64,000 nucleotides of DNA from the NCBI GenBank assembly GCA_965112735.1, contig OZ218956.1, positions 3,162,001 through 3,226,000 of the forward strand, read 5' to 3'. The notes beneath the pieces are model-generated. The model did not search any database. It was not told where the DNA came from and was given only the letters and a program-made list of their open reading frames with translations. Source of the DNA: Phaeosaccion multiseriatum. Its lineage: Eukaryota > Protista > Ochrophyta, other classes. Shown one piece after another: positions 59,856-64,000 of the stretch. Made by a program: the position numbers and the translations under genes. Position 1 is the first letter of the stretch. Every line of letters begins with the position of its first letter.

Positions 59856-60246
59856 CTACTGCTCCTGATAGTTCTCCAGGAAGAAGACGAAGCTTTGCCT
59901 GAGCCGCTCATTGGTGATGCGCAGCACCTGCGGCTCCACGCCCTCAAACACGAGGCTTACTTCCGACTCGCCGTGGTCAATGGCCTAACAGTCATGATCG
60001 CAAATGACAAAAGTGTATGTATGTTTGTGTGTATGTACAGCACCGCAAGGAGGGGGAAGCGAGGTCATTTTTAGAGTTATCGTGTGTAACATATATAGTT
60101 CGTCTCGCGGAGTAGGGTGGGTTGGAGGAGAGCGTCAATGCTGCGGTACGGGAGACAAAAAAGATGCAACAACAACAAACACAACAGCAACAACAACACA
60201 CACAAACCACAACTATTTCAACACCACCATCAACAACAGCAGCAGC

Positions 60247-60283
<37 letters not shown>

Positions 60284-61620
60284 CGACCACCACCACCAAT
60301 AACAACAACAACAACACGACCACCACCAACAACACAGCCACCACCACCACTACCACCAACACCAACAATACGACCACCACAAACAACACCGCCACCACCA
60401 CTACCACCACCACCAACAACAACAACCTCGTGTCCATGCATGTATCCATGCCCCCACCCCACGTACCTCTCTGAAGTCGTGAAGGTTGAGCTGCGTGTCG
60501 TTGCCCTTCTTCGACTCCAGCACGAGAATCTCCCCCACAAAGAGCTGCAGCAAGCGGTCATTGAACTTGCCTCTGCTTGTGCGACGCGAAACCGTCACAC
60601 CCCTTTCCAGCGAGGTCCGGATGACAGCCAGCTTTGCCCTCAGCTCCTGCGGTACGGCACACACGGCAGAGGAGGAGAGGGGGGGTGGAGGTGGAGGAAG
60701 AGGAAGAGGGAAGAGGAAGAGGAGGAGGAGGAGGAGGAGGAGGAGGAGGGGGAGGAGGAGGAGGGGGAGGAGGAGGAGGAGGAGGAGGAGGAGGAGGAGG
60801 GGGAGGAGGAGGAGGAGGAGGCGGAGGAGTGGAGGAGGAGGAGGAGGAGGAGTGGAGGAGGACGAGGAGGGGAGTGGAGGAGGACGAGGAGGAGTGGAGG
60901 AGGACAAGGAGGAGGAGGACGAGGAGGAGAGAAGGAGGAAAGACAGGAGTTGAGAAAGTGCCATCGGAAATGTGACTCCCACGCACAACAAATGTCTGCC
61001 GTGTAGTGCCTGCAAAACTCTGTTCTTGGGAAGGGGAAAGCACACAGGCCCATCGCCCCAGCCCCCCCGCCAGAGCTGTGGCCGGGACAGTGGGCAGTAC
61101 ACGTATGCGGCGGGCGGCCGCAGACCCGAGTAGTCGTCTCGCTCCGGTTCTCTCCCCACACGCTCGTCTCACTCTGGCTCTGTGCCGCCCTTCTCCTCAA
61201 CCTCGACACACGAGGCTCCGTCCCCCCCCCCCCATCAGCTCCGATCGCAGACAGACCCCATTCTCAAGTCTCGGCCCCAGCCATCCATGAGCTCTACCCT
61301 CACACTAGCACCGCCACCACCACCACCACCACCTCCTCCTCCTCCTCCTCCTCCTCCTCCTCCTCCTCCTCTTCCTTCTCCTCCTGATCCTCTCCCTCAC
61401 CTCTCCTTTCTTTCTCTTCCTCCTCCTCCTTACCCCCCTCTCTTACCTCCTTGGCGGCATTGGCGGCTTCTTTGTCGGCCGCCTCCTTGTCAGCCTTTCG
61501 CTTGGCCTTGACGGCAGCCTTTTGCCTAGCCCTTGCCATCGCCTGCGAACGATGAGAGCCGATGAGAGGAAAGTATTCGTATGAAGTATTCGCGGCCCCG
61601 TCCCACCAACCAGAGGACAG

Positions 61621-61666
<46 letters not shown>

Positions 61667-64000
61667 GAAGGATACAGAGAGAGAGAGAAAGAGAGAGGGA
61701 GGCAGAGTGAAGGGAGTCGGTCAAACACGAAGTGAGTCCTCCAGCGAGTGTCAGGCAGTAAGGAACTCTCTGAACTAAGCAGGGACGGTACTGGAGGGAG
61801 GGGGAGCTACACAGCGTTTCGATCTCTTGATTCACAGTCATCATTGGCTGGTTGGTAGGGTCTGCGAAGCTGAAACTCAAACTAGGGCCTCTGTCTCTCG
61901 TCGCGTACCTTCGCCTCTCGCTCCGTTGCCGCCAAAACCGCCGCCTCCTCAGCTATCCGCAGAGAATCCTCCTCAGACTGCATCTTGGCGAAGGAGAGAG
62001 GAGGGACACATACAGAGACAAGAGAAACAAGAGAGACAGATGGACGGGATGGGGTGATTAGCTGTGGATGGACGCATGGGGCGGGTAGGCCGTACGACGA
62101 CATTGCATACCACTTCGTCCCAATCCAAGAGGGTGGCCGGGACGGGACATACATCGATCAACCTTGGGGGTGGGCGTGTCTCACTCGGAAGCTCCTCTCT
62201 CTCTACTCCATCCCCCCCCCTCTCTCTACTCCATCTCTCCCTCTCGCTCTCTCTACTCCATCTCCCTCCCTCTCTCTCTCCATCCCGCCCTCTCTCTCTA
62301 CTACGTCTCCCCTCCTCTCCCTCTCTCTGCCCTTCATCTCTCCAACTCTTTCCTCCATCCCCCACCCTCTCTCTACTCCATCTCTCCCTCTCCCTCTCTC
62401 TACTCCGTCTCCCTCCCTCCTCCATCTCCCCCTCTCTCTCCGTCCTGCCCTCTCTCTCTACTACGTCTCCCCTCCTCGCTCTACTCCCTCTCCCTCACTC
62501 TGCCCTTCATCTCTCCCTCTCTTCTCCTTCCTCCATCCCCCAGTCTCTCTCTACTACATCTCTACTCCGTCTCCCTCACTCTCTCTCTTCTCCCATCTCC
62601 CTCTCTTCTTTCCTCCACGTCTCCCTCCCTCTGTCCTCCATCTCTTCCTCTCCCTCTCTCTCTACTCCATCTCCTTCTCTCTCTCTACACCATCTCCCCC
62701 TCTCTCTCCCCGGCCCTTTGCCTCTCTCCCTACTTCTTTCCCCTTCCCCCCTCCCACATTCTCTCCCTCTCCTCTTGTCTCTCTCTACCCCCTCTCGCTC
62801 TACTCCCCCCCCCCTCTCGCTCTACTCTCTCTCGTCCTCCCTCTCTCCCTCCCTCCCTCTCTCCACCTCCCTCCCTCTACCTCCCGCCTTATCCCACTCT
62901 CTCTCACCTCTATATACTTCTCAATATTCCCTCCGCTCCCACCGCGTGACCGCGAAGACCTGTATCTCCTACTGGGGTCAACACCATTGCCCACTGTTCC
63001 CATGCCGCCCTCCTCCCTCCTGTGTCCTTCCAATAGGGAGGAAGTGCCTGCAGCCGTGTCGTACACCTCTTCGGCAGCGGAGCCGTTTCGTGCTCCTCCT
63101 TCTCCTCCCCCTGCTGTTCCTACTTCACCCCATGCTGCTGCTGCTGCCGCCGCTGCTGCTGCCGCCTGCTCTTCCAGCTGCTGCTGCTCTAACTTCTTCC
63201 TCCTCTTCTTCTCCTTCTTCTTTCTCCTTCTCTTGTCCAGCTGTTCCTGCTCTAACTTGGCGGTGTACTGGGCCTCTTTCCTCTCTCTCTCCTGCTGCCG
63301 CGACGAGGTGCCGGAGGAGGAGGATGGCACACCAGTCTCTCCTGGGGAGTTCTCGGTTGTGTCGGCCTCGCCTGTCTGTCTCTGACCGCGCCTATTCTTC
63401 AGCAGCGTAGCGCTCTTGGGATCGCTGGCAGCCAGAACCTCGAGACGCTGATTGTGTCGAAGGCGTTGCAACAGAAAGGAAGAGAGAGAGAGATGGTAGA
63501 GAGAGATGGAAGAAGAGGTTAGTTAGTGAGATACCGGAGAGAGAGAAGAAGAGGTGAGAGAGACACTCAGACAGACACAGAGAGGAGAGCCTGCCCACAC
63601 CACTTTCGCGTACGCACAGCCACTACACCGTACCAGCGCTGCTGCCTCTAATCGCCGGACGCCTTCATCCCCCCCCGCTTGCCCCCTGACCAGGAGTGAC
63701 AAGAGACGAGGAAAGCAAGAAGAAAGCAGTTGAGAAGCAGGTGATTAGAGTTGGGCTCAGGCTCCCACCAACCTCCCCCTCTCAGTCAGGAAAGCAGGTG
63801 GGTTGTCTTGGAAGGGAAGGGGGGTGTATTTAAGCGAGCCCATGTTCGGTCAGGCGTACGCTGCCTTTCCCGACGGACGAAGTAGAGACAGAGGGACAGA
63901 GAGAGAGAGAGAGAGAGAGACAAAAGAAGAGAGAGGCCGAGAGAGAGAGAGAGAGAGCGAGGCAGAGAGGCCACGAGAGAGCGAGAAAGGGAACGGGGAG
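59856..64000 (-). CDS. 3' part of a multi-exon hypothetical protein with coiled coils and a possible C-terminal PH-like domain
   Basis: Exons near 63470-62960, 61985-61907, 61545-61447, 60646-60466 (LERGVTVSRRTSRGKFNDRLLQL...) and 59984-59856 (AIDHGESEVSLVFEG...FVFFLENYQEQ*). The start probably lies beyond the window. Confidence 0.55.
62190..62910. repeat. Long polypyrimidine/polypurine intronic satellite with recurring CTCTCTACTCCATCTCC-like units
   Basis: About 700 nt of nearly pure C/T on the + strand with repeated CTCTAC(T/A)CC units. Confidence 0.85.

Noticed and set aside
61985-63410. Long Leu/Ser/Pro ORFs on the plus strand
   Set aside because: They are translations of an intronic CT-rich satellite.
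1-64000. tRNA, rRNA, telomeric arrays, integrated virus or Polinton genes, selenoprotein read-through
   Set aside because: No supporting motifs were seen by eye. A covariance-model scan would be needed to exclude small ncRNAs.

Overview
Gene-dense eukaryotic nuclear DNA from a photosynthetic stramenopile (ochrophyte). Evidence: GT-AG spliceosomal introns, abundant CT/GA, CA/GT, CAG and GGA microsatellites, and nuclear genes with bipartite signal peptide + ASAFAP-type plastid targeting. About 18 protein genes can be reconstructed by hand: a PH-FYVE PI4-kinase (partial), a Rad60/NIP45-like multi-SUMO-domain protein, NIPSNAP, CAF-1 p60, an Ldh_2-family dehydrogenase, an iota-class carbonic anhydrase, SNM1A/PSO2, an intronless F-box/ankyrin-like protein, a sigma-like GST, an SH3-like-repeat/zinc-finger protein, an FSH1 hydrolase, two RING-H2 ligases, a 4-TM protein, NDOR1, plastid rpl15 and several hypothetical proteins. 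All seven plus-strand genes sit head-to-head with a minus-strand gene across 0.2-0.5 kb. There is also a 425-bp MITE and a second solo terminus of the same family. The most unusual signal is a dispersed DNA motif, CAGTTGGTGATACAG, usually a 9-nt in-register interruption of a (CAG)n tract. It occurs about 14 times on both strands, mostly inside exons of unrelated genes, where it is read in three different frames. Exon boundaries were inferred by eye and no database searches were run.
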